A stretch of 64,000 bases of DNA from Pocillopora damicornis (Eukaryota): positions 620,001 through 684,000 of the forward strand of contig NW_020846178.1 in assembly GCF_003704095.1 (NCBI RefSeq). The letters run 5' to 3'. This document shows positions 13,395 to 26,659 of the stretch, in pieces. The stretch's first letter is position 1; the number at the start of each line of letters is the position of its first letter. The position numbers were made by a program, and so were the translations under genes. The notes beneath the pieces are model-generated. The model had not been told where the DNA came from. It was given only the letters and a program-made list of their open reading frames with translations, and searched no databases.

Positions 13395-13648
13395 GCGTGG
13401 GGGAGGGGAGAAGGTGGACGATTTTGAGGATCACATAGTTTTCAGGGGAACGTACAAAGGGGGGAAAAGTTGTCGCTGACAGAATATACCACAGGGGTAC
13501 TGAAGAACATTGACTGCAAATGAGGCGGGATCATTGCAATTCTACAAAGCCTTTTGGAAGGATCAGGTAGATTTTGTTATGACACGACCAAAATTCTCTG
13601 ACCCCCGACCCCCCCCCTCCCACGAGATAAATAATGACTAGTCCTAAA
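13395..13648. mobile_element. Degenerate MITE-like repeat with G-rich left end and C-rich right end
   Basis: GGGGGAGGGG...GGATCACATAGTTTTCAGGGGAAC...CCCCCCCTCCCACGAGATAAATAATGACTAGTCCTAAA. Family resemblance is from memory. Confidence 0.5.
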
Positions 13649-14035
13649 GCATGTTTCAACGCGTGCACGAGAGCCTTTTTTGTTTTCGTCGTCTTTTCAC
13701 AATGCTTTAGAAGTGTCTTTAGCGTTTTCTTGGATCCTACTTGTAGTTAAGACTAATTCGTGCATTTCCGTGTATTCAGCTGTTGGATTTGTGGATGAAA
13801 TCATCATCTACGACCAATTAACAGTTGTCGCATTTACATGCAAGATAAAATTTCATATGGTAAACAGGAGATTTCCTACCTTCGTTGTCATCGAAACCTT
13901 TCGCAATAGTTAGCGGAAAACCATCAATGAACTCTCACCCTACATTAGACCTAAAAGTAAAAACATGGACAAAAGCTACATACTTCTACGCCACGTAGTT
14001 AGTTGCTATGTGGGAGTTTGAAGCTTGCGCAGCTA

Positions 14036-14404
14036 TCAGGCATCTTAAGCTGTCAAGGCGGCAACACCGAAGGAGACATCGACCAAAACATGACTTCATA
14101 TCTTTAATTAGAATTCTGCGAATGTCTGGATGTGTTTACCGTCTTTTAACGGCGTCACACCTCAACTTCAGCAAACTGTATGTGAGCAGGGTTGAGGTTC
14201 ACTGAAATGGAAACTTGCCATCGTGGCTTCCGCTTTCAGAACTCACAACTTTTGGCGATTTCACGCCTTCCTCTGTTTTGCAATGGAAGGCAAAGAAATG
14301 TACAAAGTTTCAAAACGCTCGCGCTGCGCTATCGTTCCGCCCAGTACATCTTTTGTTTTGCCACGTCCTCGTTGCCGTCGTGTCATAGGCACTTAAAAGT
14401 CCCT
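14036..14404. mobile_element. Interspersed MITE-like repeat with degenerate terminal inverted repeats
   Basis: The left end AGGCATCTTAAGCTGTCAAGGCGGCAAC and the right end GTTGCCGTCGTGTCATAGGCACTTAAAAGTCCCT are partially complementary. Internal AAAGAAATGTACAAAG is typical of this repeat type, from memory. Confidence 0.55.
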
Positions 14405-16120
14405 TCAAATACCGAAAGACGCCCAGGTTGAATACCTTTTTTCTTGTTATTTATAACACATGTGGGCTTAACATGAAAAAGAGAAGAGAGCGCATTCTGA
14501 TGTTACCTGAAACACGTAAAGAGCTTTGTTAACGCCGGCTATATCATCACACATGCTTTGTAGGCATCGCCTAAGAATTCTTAAAATAACAGAGTATCCC
14601 AGCCACGAGACACGTAAGGACATCAAAATCAAATGGATTCTTGGCATCGTTCAAGATTTCTTAAAATAGCATATCATATCCCAACCCACAAGGCACTTGA
14701 CTAGATCAGAAGAAAAATATTTTGACAAAATACTTCGATGTACTGCAAGCAACAGAGCCCTGATGCACGTGTCTCCTTTTAAAATTAATTTAATGATGTT
14801 TGCAATTGAAATTATATCCTTCACATCTCCTACCAAGGAAAAAGGAAAAGTGTTTGTCAGCCACTTACTATTCAATGACAGGTCTATCGTCCCAATTTTC
14901 TGTATAAATTATGTCATACAAATGCTTTTTCTTTTACTAATGAATTCTCTTTTAAAATTGAGAATTACAGAAGAAAAACAAGCTCAGGCGCTTTAATCAT
15001 TTTTCAAGGTTAAAAATGTTGCTTCTGATGCTAATTTGGATTTTACCGATAAAATGACGCGATTCCTGAATTAATCACGCATCCAGTCAGTTTAAATGTA
15101 TTCATTATGGACGATGTTTGCCCTCTGTGAAATTAAGTTTTGTTGGTGCAATCCGAAATCACGCATCTAAAGGCATCAGTTGGAAACCAATATCGGTGCC
15201 GTAAAACGAAGGTTTTGTCAAATTTTGGAGCCATCGAGTCTTTTACACCGTGGCAAGATAAAGATAACACATCCTCTTTCGACTTAAGCACGGAAAAAAA
15301 AAAAACCCGATATTGATCTATGATTGACCGGATCTAATCGTGATAGATGCCCTTTAAGTCAAGATGACACCTGCACCTGCGGTAGCCATACATTGTAGAC
15401 ACTATCAAGACATGATTGATTTAAATATTTTTTGGGTCGTTTGATCTTTCAAATTCCAAAAGCTTCTTTCCCTCTGGCAATTTGAGAATGAAAGAAGAAT
15501 AATTTTTTAAAAAATTAGTACGCTCAGAAGAACGACATTCGTTTTGTTGGATTGTTACCATTTGATCGTGAAAGGAATCCAAAGGGTCGATGCCTCTTCA
15601 ACACAGTGACATATCTGGGAGGGGAATAATTTAACGTGATTACTTCGCGAAACGACGAGAAGCCATTAAGTTCATTCTCGGCCAATGAAAGAGTATTACT
15701 CCTTATTAGGAATGCAGCAAATAAAATGTACCACAAACATTGTCGATTACTAATCAGTCGTCAAACATACGATTTTGAACAGAATGTTTTTATAGACTCA
15801 CACTTCAAGTATTAATGTTCGTCCGCTCGACACTTGACGGAATAATCATCCACGATCGGATTTCAATACCTCCATAATTCCATATTTCATATTCATAATC
15901 TACTTCCCTTACGCTGACATTGCTGCAAGGAAGAAGAAGAAGGAAAAATAGCCAAAACAAAAACGAAATGTCGCTGGCTTGAATCCGATTTCCGTAGTGC
16001 AATACGATTGCATATATTCACCTGCGTTGCATTGCGTTGCGTGGTCGGTGACGTTGTCGTGAGCGGATGGAAGCACAGTGAAATGGTACCTCTCGGAAGC
16101 ATTGCGCGTCGCATTCAGCC

Positions 16121-19100
16121 ATGACTGAAAACAGTAGTGATGGTTTTGTTCGCCCTTTGTGGCTCACTGATCCGCGGATGGAAGGCCAAGAAGCGTTTTT
16201 CGAAGGCGTTCCAATGGTCGAACTTGAAGTAAAAACGATGACGGCGCCTGAACAAAATCGTCCAAGCGTTAGATCGTTATCACATAAAGTTAACGAGCCG
16301 AAAGAAACAAATGGCTTTATGGTTAACCATGAAAGTAAATTGGAAGAATCGTTGTTAAGGGCAGTTCAAGAGGAAAACCTCGAGGTTGTCGAGGTTCTTA
16401 TCGATCACTATCTGCAGTTGTTTAATTTGGAAGAATTATACGATAATTCCGTGTCCTCTGAAGCGACGCAAACCAGAAAAACGCCGGTTAATTTTCTGCC
16501 GCTTGTGGTCGCCGCGCACTTAGGGAACTATAATGTTTTGAAATTGTTTATTTCTAAAGGTTTTAATTTGGAAAAACCTCACGATATACTCTGCGAGTGT
16601 GACCGCTGCCAAGAAGATTATTTCAGGCAGTCACAAAAAAGACTGGACATTTATAGAGCTATGGCGAATCCAATGTGGATCTCTTTAACAGGAACAGATC
16701 CATTTCTGACCGCTTTCAAACTCAGTAAGGATTTAAAATCATCCGCCAAGCAAGAAGATGAATTTGAAAAAGATTATCTGGCTCTGTCGCTTCAATGTGG
16801 CCAATTTGCTTTGGGACTTTTGGACGAATGTAAAACCTCTAAGGAACAGACCACCGTTTTAAATTTCCCCGGAAGCGAGGCCTCGAAAGGAGAGTTCAGC
16901 GAAGAATCGTTGGGTTTAGTACATAGCGCTATTGCATACGGTCAAAAAGAGGTAGGTGCTACAGAATTGATGTAATCAAATTACCTCTAATCGAGAATGA
17001 GTATTTACGAAACAGGTACTTTATGGAGAAGACTGACGAAGCTATGTATTTATTTCAATAAATCTTAATGTTTGCCAAGTCTGTTTTTATCTTGGCGATA
17101 TTAAACCGGTTACTACGAGGTGGGCATATGTCATCGCATTACCAAACGGCAACAAATTATATTTTCAGTACCAGAGCAGGTTTTGCACGTTTTTTGTTTT
17201 GTTTTGGATTTTTGATGCTGAATCCAACTTTGGTTTATAATACAGAAGGAGAAAAAAATCGTAAACGTCTCCGCTCTTGACAAGCGAGGCAATTTTCTAA
17301 AGAGTAAATTTGCATACAGCAATTGCTAGTTCTGTTCTTGGCAAAATTTAAAAGAATCATGACAAATTGAACGCAAAAAGATGTGTTTAATATCTTTGCG
17401 CACACCTTATACCTGACACATCGAAAGGAAACCTTTCGAATAACGCCGGATTTCCATTAACCGCCATTGTACAAAGCCAAGGGAACTGAAAAAAACATGT
17501 TTAATTTTACTTCTTTTGGAAATGTTTTGTGCATTCAGCTTGGAACAGCAGGAAAGCAAAAGTTATTAAACAAAGTAAAGTCACCTATAGACGATTCCCG
17601 TTACATTTTCTTGGCAAGAAGATTCGATTTAAACTTGTTGAAATTGCTAAGACAGAATTTACTGTCAAAATAAATAGAGAAGGAAAATAGACGCAAATAC
17701 TGACTCGCCGAAAGAAAACGTCTTAAAATATGAAATTAAGACTATTTGTACAGTGCAAGTTAAGTGTTAACCTAAATTAGTATTTAGTGAATGCTTTACG
17801 GTATACGCATAAAAAATTTTACGAAATTCAAATTTAAGTTAGCCGCTAAGCGCAACTTAGAACAAAGTTCACTGAGGCAGGAATTCGCCAAGACAAGTTA
17901 GAACAAGAAGCTATTGATACAGAATCTTTGATTTCACGCTACATATTCTTGTTTGAAATTATGTTCGCTTACGACCTGTTAAATAAAACTAGCGATGCGG
18001 TATATTATCAATCAAAAGGCAAGAAGCAGGTGTCCCACCATTGTAAGATTCGACTAAATTGATTCTACGCACCAGATATAATGGAAAGAGTCAGGATATG
18101 AATAATTGTAATTTTTTTCTTGTCTGTATTAACGCCAAAAAACATATTCTTTTTCAAAGGGAAATTAGAATTACTCACTTGTGGCTTAGTAAATCCCTTT
18201 TTAGCGAACCGAACTTGTTAATTACCGCTGAATCTTAGCAACGCTGCGAGGAAAATTTGTTGCAACGGAAGCGGAGAAACCGCAACAGCAGCGGGGGTAA
18301 ATTTCGAAACGGGTGAATCATGATTATGAAAACCATTAATATTTATGTGCTCTTTGGTAAACATGTTTCAAATGTTGCTTCTATGCTTGAAAGGAATATA
18401 AGTGTGTTTTACTAATATCAGATTATGGTTTTCACTGCGTTTTAAGATAATCTCAAGATCGTTTCCGTCAAAATCTTGAATTAAACTTGTTATATATATA
18501 TATATATTTAAAAAGGGCAATATCTATTTTGATAAGTTTATTTTGATCTGAGATTACTAAGAATTTAGCGTTAATTCATCAAATGTACTGAAATTGTAAA
18601 AATAACACATAACCGTCCTTTTTTTATCTTTAACCCGGGCGGAGTGCTTGGACTGATATTTCAATCCTGCGCTGGTTGTATTTAATTCATTTTCGGACCT
18701 ATTACCATCGAAATAGATTCCCTTGAAGCTGTCAAAATTACACAAACCCCACATTAAATTGTTCGTTTCTACGAGAAATTTGAGTTTTATAACGGAACCT
18801 CTTTTATGAATGAGACTAGCATTTGCAATTTTCTAACCAATTCATCCGAAAAGCCTTTTTTTATTTGCTCTTAAGAACAATGTTTACTCTGTCCACTGTT
18901 TGCTTTTCAAAATAAAAATTTACAATATCCTTTATCGATTTGTCATAGAGGAGATGAAATGATTCCGCTTTTTTCTTTCTCTCTTGATTTACTTTGGAAT
19001 TTCTAGTTTTCTCGAGTATTTTCTGCATTTGCAAACACAAACAAAATAAACTCGCCATCAACGTCGCTGTTACTTTAGGCAAATCACCCTCGTGCACATA

Positions 19101-22100
19101 GACATCTGCCCACTTCCAATGAAAGCATGTATACGGTTACAGAGAGTGGTGCTCTTCAAATGGAGGCTAATCTTTACGATATTGCCTCAGGGCAAAAAGT
19201 GGAAACATTCCGTCAATTTTTAGTCACAATCTTGCATTTTATGCATGATCAGGGATGACTTGTATATCTCGCGATGTAAAGTAGCTAATCAGCTTTTTTA
19301 CCATAAACGTGATAAATTTGACAGGAAGTTTTATTTCCATGAATCAATTTTGCTTCTGTTGCACGTTGATATTATAAGAAAGAGGTTGTGCAATTATGCG
19401 ATCTCTTCTTTCAATATGGCCGGTAAAGTTCGCCACTCGAACACCACAATCTGTTTTATCAGTAACTTCGACCAAACTTCAAACAAAACCTTAATTTATA
19501 AGCTAGTTCTTAAATTATACTCTTCTCCTGCCAAGTCGCTCATTTGTATTCGTGATATCCAGCTGATCGTACCGGTAACCACTTACTTTCCTGAGATAAC
19601 ATCGCCAACGCGCCCGGTGTTTTGTCCAATTCCGTTTGATAAGAATACGTTTAACCTCCGCTTGGAAAAAAAAATGACAGATAAGAAAGCCTTTGCGTTT
19701 GTAGTTTGTTGTTTTTTTTAATTTTCATTTAAGATTAGCTAAAGTGAAGTATTTCGGGTTTATGTTTCTGTGCCGTCGGGCCCTCTTTAGAGGGGATAAG
19801 ACTGGTTTATCTGCTTCAAAGGTCAGAGTTTTTTATGCTGAAAAGAAGGGACGGTACGTGAGTGAGTGCTCTCTATCACGAAGCTTACAGTTAATTAACC
19901 GAGGTGGGAGGCATGAACGCACCGCTAAATGTTTGCACACATGCGAACTTTGTAATGACTAGGTGGTGTGCTTTCGGGCTATCAGAACCAAGTTGTCTTA
20001 TGCGACTGACAGACAACCACCCAAGCCACTTTTTGATAAAGTTCATACAGAATGGCAAATCGACAGTATGCCCTCTACTCTCCTTCTCTGCTATTGTTTC
20101 CTTTTACAGATTTCTTACAATAGAAATTTCTTATTTTCTTTCGCTTATTTTGCGAGACAGCTGTGGTTTTGTTACTACGTTTTCCCTTTAAAAGTTGCGC
20201 AGGAAATTGACGCGCGGACGGCCAAAATTGATTCCCTCCCTCGCACATGCGCGACGTTTGACCGCTGTGTTTGTGACGTGTCACTAAAATATGTTCTCCA
20301 CAAGGCTCAGGGCAAGAAGGGCCAGCCCTTCCCTACTGAATAATGGCAGAAATCTCAATCTCCTTGATTTACACTTAATGTTATTTTTCAGTTCGTAGCA
20401 CATCCATTCTGTCAGCATCTTGTCATGAGCTGCGTCTTCAGAGGTGTTCCATGGCGGACTCAGAGCATCGCTTTTAGAATACTTTACGTTCTATTCCAAG
20501 TGCTGATCTATCCAATGATGGCTTTTATGTATTTCTTCTTTCCCTTCTTACGAATAAGCCGTAAAATCAAAAGACCCTTTATTAAGTTCGTCAACCACAC
20601 TACATCTTTTGTGATATTTCTCTCTCTTCTTGCGGCATCTTCTCACGAACAATTTAATATACGCTTCGGTAAAGTACCATCACTACTGGAGTGGATCATC
20701 CTCATGTGGATTCTCGGAATAGCTTGGGGAGAGTGTAAACAAGTGTGGCACGATGGCGTCTTAAGATACCTGTCCAGTGGATGGAACTGGATGGACATTG
20801 GAATGATTGTTTTAATTCTCGGAGCCTACATAGGATGGTTTGTGCGAGCGATTATTGGTCGTTACACCATCTTGGACGACACAGCAGACCACTTCCTTTT
20901 GAGTGGAGCGGACGGCTTATACGCTCTTGGTGTGATTGCTAGCTTTTTTCGCTTGGTATACCTGTGTCAAATCAGCCGGTACCTCGGACTTCTTCAACTT
21001 AGCCTTAGTCGCATGGTGCGAGTGATATTTCAATTTGCATTCATCAGTGTAGTAATGTTGATATCGTTTTCTGTCAGCATGACTATGTTGTACTCGTCTT
21101 CATTTGAAGCGTACGGCCAGGAGAGGCCTGAAAGAAATACCACAGATGTCATACAAAGTCTGATAAGCAAAGGATATCACAGGTAAGCGAATCGCTTCGG
21201 TTTGATGGCGCCGAGCGTGTTACTGATACCCTTCTGTGATGATATATCTGAACCACTCAAGATATCATGGAATCTAGTTATATATATATGTAAGAAAGAG
21301 GCAAAAGTTTTTAAATTTTTTTTATATAATTGCATAATGGGTGAAGGGGAGGGAAGGAGGCTTTTACGTGAACACAGCTGATTTCAGGCGACTAAAATAT
21401 GTTGATAAACAGTGTGCCACAAATGGTGAACAAATTCTTGAACCGTGCTATATCATCAACTTCTATTGAGAGTAACATGATGGTATAACGTCACGCTATA
21501 TGACTAGGAAGAAAGGGCTCATAGGTGAGCGAGGGGGAAGGGGGGACTTAAAGCTCTGAAAAAGGGCTTATACTCAAAACGTCAGCTTTGAAATCTTTAC
21601 GGCGGCCAATTTACGTTATCAACTCTGCTGATAGAACCAAATTACCCTGTTATACTCTCCCACCGACGCGTGCGCAGCACCACAGTTTCTTTCGAAGCTC
21701 ACCCCTTTATTCGTGCAATATGTATATTGTTTACCTTTCAGTCTGATGACAACTATGGTGACAATGATGTGGGCGAGTCTAGATATGGTAACACTTGATA
21801 GTCTTCAGGTGTTCAAAGATCAAAGTTTGATTCAGATTTGGAGCGCCTTTTTATTCACGCTCTATCATGCAGCATCGCTCATTGTTCTTTTAAACATGTT
21901 GATTGCAATGATGAGCAACTCATATCAACGAGTGGAGGTATTTAAACCGTTGTTGGTAGAATGCATAGAATAAGAACGTGTTCTCCCCGGAGAGTCTCGA
22001 TGTAGTGATGGCTTTTACGGCTAACGGTTAAAATTTTTCCCATTTTACTGCTAACAATTAATTTCTTTCTATTACGGTTTACAGAAATATTTAACAAAAT

Positions 22101-24807
22101 TTCAATCATTTCGAAAAGTTAGTTATTAATAATCAATATTCTAAAACACAGTCACTTGCTCGCTTTTGACATAGAGTAATTTCATATTTTCCTTCATTGG
22201 CCACAAGAAAAGACACATGACAGTCTAAGATTTTGACACTTTTAAAATTGCATAACGTGTACAGAAAATTTATTTATGGTGAACTTTTTTTCTATTGCAC
22301 GGTTAAAATTTGTCAATTTTTTACACCTAACGGCTAACTTTTTCTGCCGATTTAAGGCTAACAGTAAAACTCATTGAGACTCTCTTCAGTGATTTGCTCA
22401 AAAGACAGTAAAGATTTCAAGGGATCTGGGGAAAGTCATATTAACATTCGTTGACCTGGTTTTTTTTCAACCAATCGATTAAAATTTGTATAAAAAAATT
22501 TATATCTTTACAGCAAATTTCTTATCAAATGTCATCAATCTGAGTAAACATGAAAACGTCACTTGCAAACAAATGCTTTATGATCTTGGAAAAAAGACTG
22601 TCTCTAAAATAAACTTTCTCAATGGCTGACGGAAATAGCTGTCTTCCAGAGGAAATTTTTAATATGTTAGTAAATAATAGAAGTGGGCACTCATTTTTCA
22701 CCTGCTCATTTAACTGACAAATTTTCAGATCCCTTGTCATTCAGTTAACAAACACCTTTCTTGTGCAAGCAACTCGCCATTGATTGCAGCAAATTAGTCT
22801 CAAACCCAGACTTCTCTCGCTTTTTTTGTTTTCCTCTATTTCTCTTAGGACAACATTGAGACAGAATATAAGTTTGCTCGCGCCCAACTATGGGCTGATT
22901 ACATCGGAGATGGAGTTGCTACTCTCCCTCCCCCTCTTAATCTCATACCTTCTCCGAAGAGTATTGTGCGTTGGGCTTGTAAACTAACAAACAGATGCTT
23001 TGGAGTTCCTAAGAGATTGCCTTGTTGCACCAACGTAAGTATTAATTTTATTTCATTCACAGACTGAGACATTGGCCTTCGGAATTAATTTATATTTTTG
23101 TACACAAAGCACGCTTTTTTTTCGTTCTATATTCATCTGTAAATATTCTGACCGAGGCGCTAGCTATGCCTAAACGTTTACTTAACGGCAGCTTAGATAT
23201 AAGTTTAGGCTCAACTCAAGATGTTTTTCACTAAAATTTGCCCATTACAACACTCTTTAATTGACAGTCGAAAAAAACGAAACCAAAGTAAATACTACAG
23301 CTGATCATAACAAAGAATAACATTATCATTTGCCAATGAAACTCTTCGTAAAAAATGGAAAACCACCAAAAGCTCGGGAAAATGCGGCTGACCGAGCCAC
23401 GATTGGTGCCCGTTTTGCGTCTGATTGGTTGAGAGGATGGCGCAAAGTTTTTCTGGACGAATCACAGGGCGAAATTAAGCAAAAAACAAAAGTCTTGAGT
23501 CTTGACTACGATAACATATTCTTCAGAACTCCCACGTCAATTTGCATCTCAGTGAAACATTGTGGTTATCTAATCATTTGGTTATTATTTGTTTATTAAT
23601 CATTAACGTTTTCTTGCACATACAGGAACAATTTCGTGTTTACCATGAAAGCAACATGGATATTGAACAGAAGAAACAAAACTATCAGGTGCCCACGGCT
23701 TTAAAATGAATTATATATATTATGACCGTATGCAGTTTTTTAACCGAAAAAGCTCCCTTACGTTTTATTTAGTGCTCGCAAATACGACACTTATCTTGAG
23801 AGAATACGATAAGGTGAGAGCCTCGAATTCGATTGTAGAGTGGAATTATGCTTGAAAGTAATCATGGGAAGGAAAACAAGAGTAACGGAAACGGAGGGAA
23901 CTTTAAGTCTCATCAACATGGATAAATAGAGTGGAAACGGCATATCAGCATAGCCCTTTGAAACAGCAAATTCTGAGAACCAACTGCATAAATGGCAATG
24001 TTAGGTTGTTCAAAGAACAAAAGGTGGCGAAAAATATCTTAGCCTAGCTGATTTCCAATATGCTTTCATTTTCAAGAATGTTGTCCGAGAGCTTATCAGA
24101 CGTTATTGGGCCCGGCGAAGACGTCAGAAAACCACCACAGAGAATGCCATTCCCGATCACCTGGCTGCCATGGCAACAGTTAGGGACCAAGTTTCCGACA
24201 TGTTGAGCGAAATAAGGAATATCCTAAAAACAAATAAACAAAGGAAAGATCGAGATCGACATCAGTTGTCAGACGAGGGTCATTTACAGGTAAATAACAA
24301 TGAGCTGTCAGAAGTTACATAGTGCAATGTGTGTACGTAACTGGTTGATGTAGACTGTAAGTCAATTTATTGATTTCATATCTCTCAAATGGACGGTATC
24401 GGATGGCCGGCGTGGAAGAATGTTATCTTGGCATTTCATAATATTTCTCAATCGTTTGAATCGCGTACTCGTGAGGAATATTGTCAGCACTAGAAGATGA
24501 AATTCGTAAAGAGCATGTAACGTTCTGTTCATTATATTTATGCTACACAACTGAATCAGGAAAATTGTAAAACACATTTTAAAAGTACCGAATGCAGACA
24601 TCGCCTGCACGTAAATTCAACTCGAAGAAATGCTGGGTCTTTTGAGATAAAGAATAACACCAGTTCTCATGACAAAAAAGGTTCATACTTGGGAAATTAG
24701 CTGGCAAAATACAACAAAGAAAGGCTTTAGTTAATTATGATTGCTCTTCTTTGCAGACGGGAGAGTCCTCCGCGGCCAATGGAAATCATAATCACGTACA
24801 GCTTTAA
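16121..24807 (+). CDS. TRPC: Short transient receptor potential (TRPC-family) cation channel, ~776 aa; exons 16121-16951, 20392-21182, 21742-21937, 22849-23034, 23626-23688, 24077-24289, 24757-24807
   Basis: Ankyrin-like repeats, HxxxCxCxxC (HDILCECDRC), DPFLTAFKLS, QKEFVAHPFCQ, PFIKF, S1-S6 with WNWMD and LLNMLIAMM, TRP box EYKFAR, LPPPLNLIPSPKS and YQNVVRELIRRY. All junctions are GT-AG and in phase. Reading through the last donor gives an alternative stop at 24322. Confidence 0.93.
21553..21712 (+). repeat. Interspersed repeat, copy 1 (TRPC intron 2); possibly Penelope-derived
   Basis: CTCTGAAAAAGGGCTTATACTCAAAACGTCAGC...CACCGACGCG...CCCCTTTATTC aligns by eye with the reverse complement of 27678-27831. 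Confidence 0.7.
21990..22384. mobile_element. MITE with 13-bp terminal inverted repeats in TRPC intron 3
   Basis: GAGAGTCTCGATG (21990-22002) and CATTGAGACTCTC (22372-22384) are 12/13 complementary. Subterminal TTTACGGCTAACGG-like motifs recur. Confidence 0.75.
23255..23530 (+). repeat. Interspersed repeat, copy 1 (TRPC intron 4)
   Basis: Shares CCAAAGTAA..., CCAATGA.A.CTC, GC.CGGGAAAA.GCGGC.ACC.AG.CA and TGATTGGTTGAGA..TGGCGC.AGTTTTT with 52617-52895. Confidence 0.75.
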
Positions 24808-26659
24808 TCATGATCACTGATAAAGAGACATTTGGTTATATTTCTAAAATACATCCAGCTACTGAAAATTACAACTTACGGTGAAATTCTTTGATGAACG
24901 AAACTGTGAACTGAAATATTGAATGAAATATTACATGAAGTTGGTGCGTGAAGGCAACAAGAAATTCTGTGGGTGGCAAAATATCTGTTCACTCCTTGTG
25001 TGGAATTATTCTCTGGCGCGCTATCGCAAAGTGTTTCTCTCTCTCTAGCTTCTGTGAGCATGCCTTAATCATTAGCGCTTCAGCACCAGCATTTCTTCAA
25101 AAATATGAGGTCTTGAGCAACGTGGAAGGTCTGTAAGGGATCTAGCACTGATGGCAGATTCTTAGGCAACCTTTTCCCAACTCCTACGATCCATCTCAGA
25201 ACTTCCCGCGGGTGGACAAACGCGCGTCTTGCAGTTCTATTTAAGAAGGCCTGTTGGCGAGCTCGTTTTTTCTCCGTTTGAAATTTCACGCAACGGGACG
25301 GGAAAGGTTGCCTGACATCCCGGGGAGATTCGTGTAATGAGATCCTGATTGTGCTTACCATCTTTTTTTTTCAAGTTTCTTCAGCTAATCTAATATTAAA
25401 AAACTGGAGAAATGGCAAAGTATGGATAATGATACCGATTAAGTAAAAATTAAGGATATTTCAAAAAGCTTGCCCGATAGTTTTAAATTGAAGATCTGCA
25501 TTAAGCCAGGAATTCAGCTGACAAATAGTAATTTCTCCAAAGCGCAGTTCAATTTTGTAGTTGTTCGTAGTTTGGAAGTAAGGTCAATGTTATAGCATAT
25601 TTTTGTAGGTAATGTAGCGTTTTGAAACTTTGCATTGTAGAAATTGTTTGAAAATAGAGACGGAATGGTTAGCTAACCTTGTTACTGTGTAACTTTTTGA
25701 TAAGAAAGATGTCCACGCTGACATTTTTCTTTTGTACATGAATACACTCATTCTCATAGCAAAATAATAATTATATTTGTCTTTTATTGACGCACGTAAG
25801 TTAAACTGGTGTGAATGCTTCAATAGTGAACAAATGCGCCCGCAACGGCAGTTAAATAAAGGCCAGAGATAACCGCTGGACACTAAAGCGTGACATCTTA
25901 AAGGCTTTTCGTTGGCGTTACGTCTCGAAGCTGGTGTCTCTGACCTTCAAATGTTACTTTGTCCCCTGCATTGACATGGCGACCTCGTTTTAAGTACTTA
26001 ACAAAAGCAGCAGAGGAAAAAGCTTCTGGTATTTACTGCACATAGGGCGACGTACAAAGAGCGTTTCAAACGAAGATCACAAATGTAAGTCAAAAATCCC
26101 CCTTTAAAGTTTGTACAATGTTGGGAGATTGAAAGGAAGTCTTAAAAGCTTTAAACTTATGAATTAAACGGAATAAAAAGAGACAAGATAGGGCCCAAAG
26201 TGCTTACAAATTTACCCCAAATCAAAAGAGAGTTTACTATACCATATGTGGGCAAAAATATTAGATCCTTTTGCAAAGGTAAATGTTTAAAAGAACCCAG
26301 CATGTTAAAATTAACATAGTTATTTTTATTTTAATGATGTCAGGGTGATATGCGAAAAGTGATATACGGAAAGTGCTCACAAACCTTATTAACAATAAGA
26401 TTTAGTTCCATAAATCCTACATCCTATCAGTTGTAACTTGGACACCTCATATGAAATTTTGAGACATTTCATATGACAATCCAAGTTAGACTTATTCTTT
26501 GTTGAAGAAATTACTTCGTTTGATTATGTTTTCTATTTTCAATGTATAGTTATTTTTTAAAAATTTTTATATTTTCAATGGATACCACGAATGTTCTTGA
26601 TCAAAAAAAAAATTAAATTTTTATCTGGGTCAAAGGTATTTGTGGTAACCATCGGTTCT

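Noticed and set aside
19245-20343. ORFs of 72-158 aa in TRPC intron 1
   Set aside because: No recognisable motifs or splice support; composition is typical of chance ORFs in AT-rich DNA.
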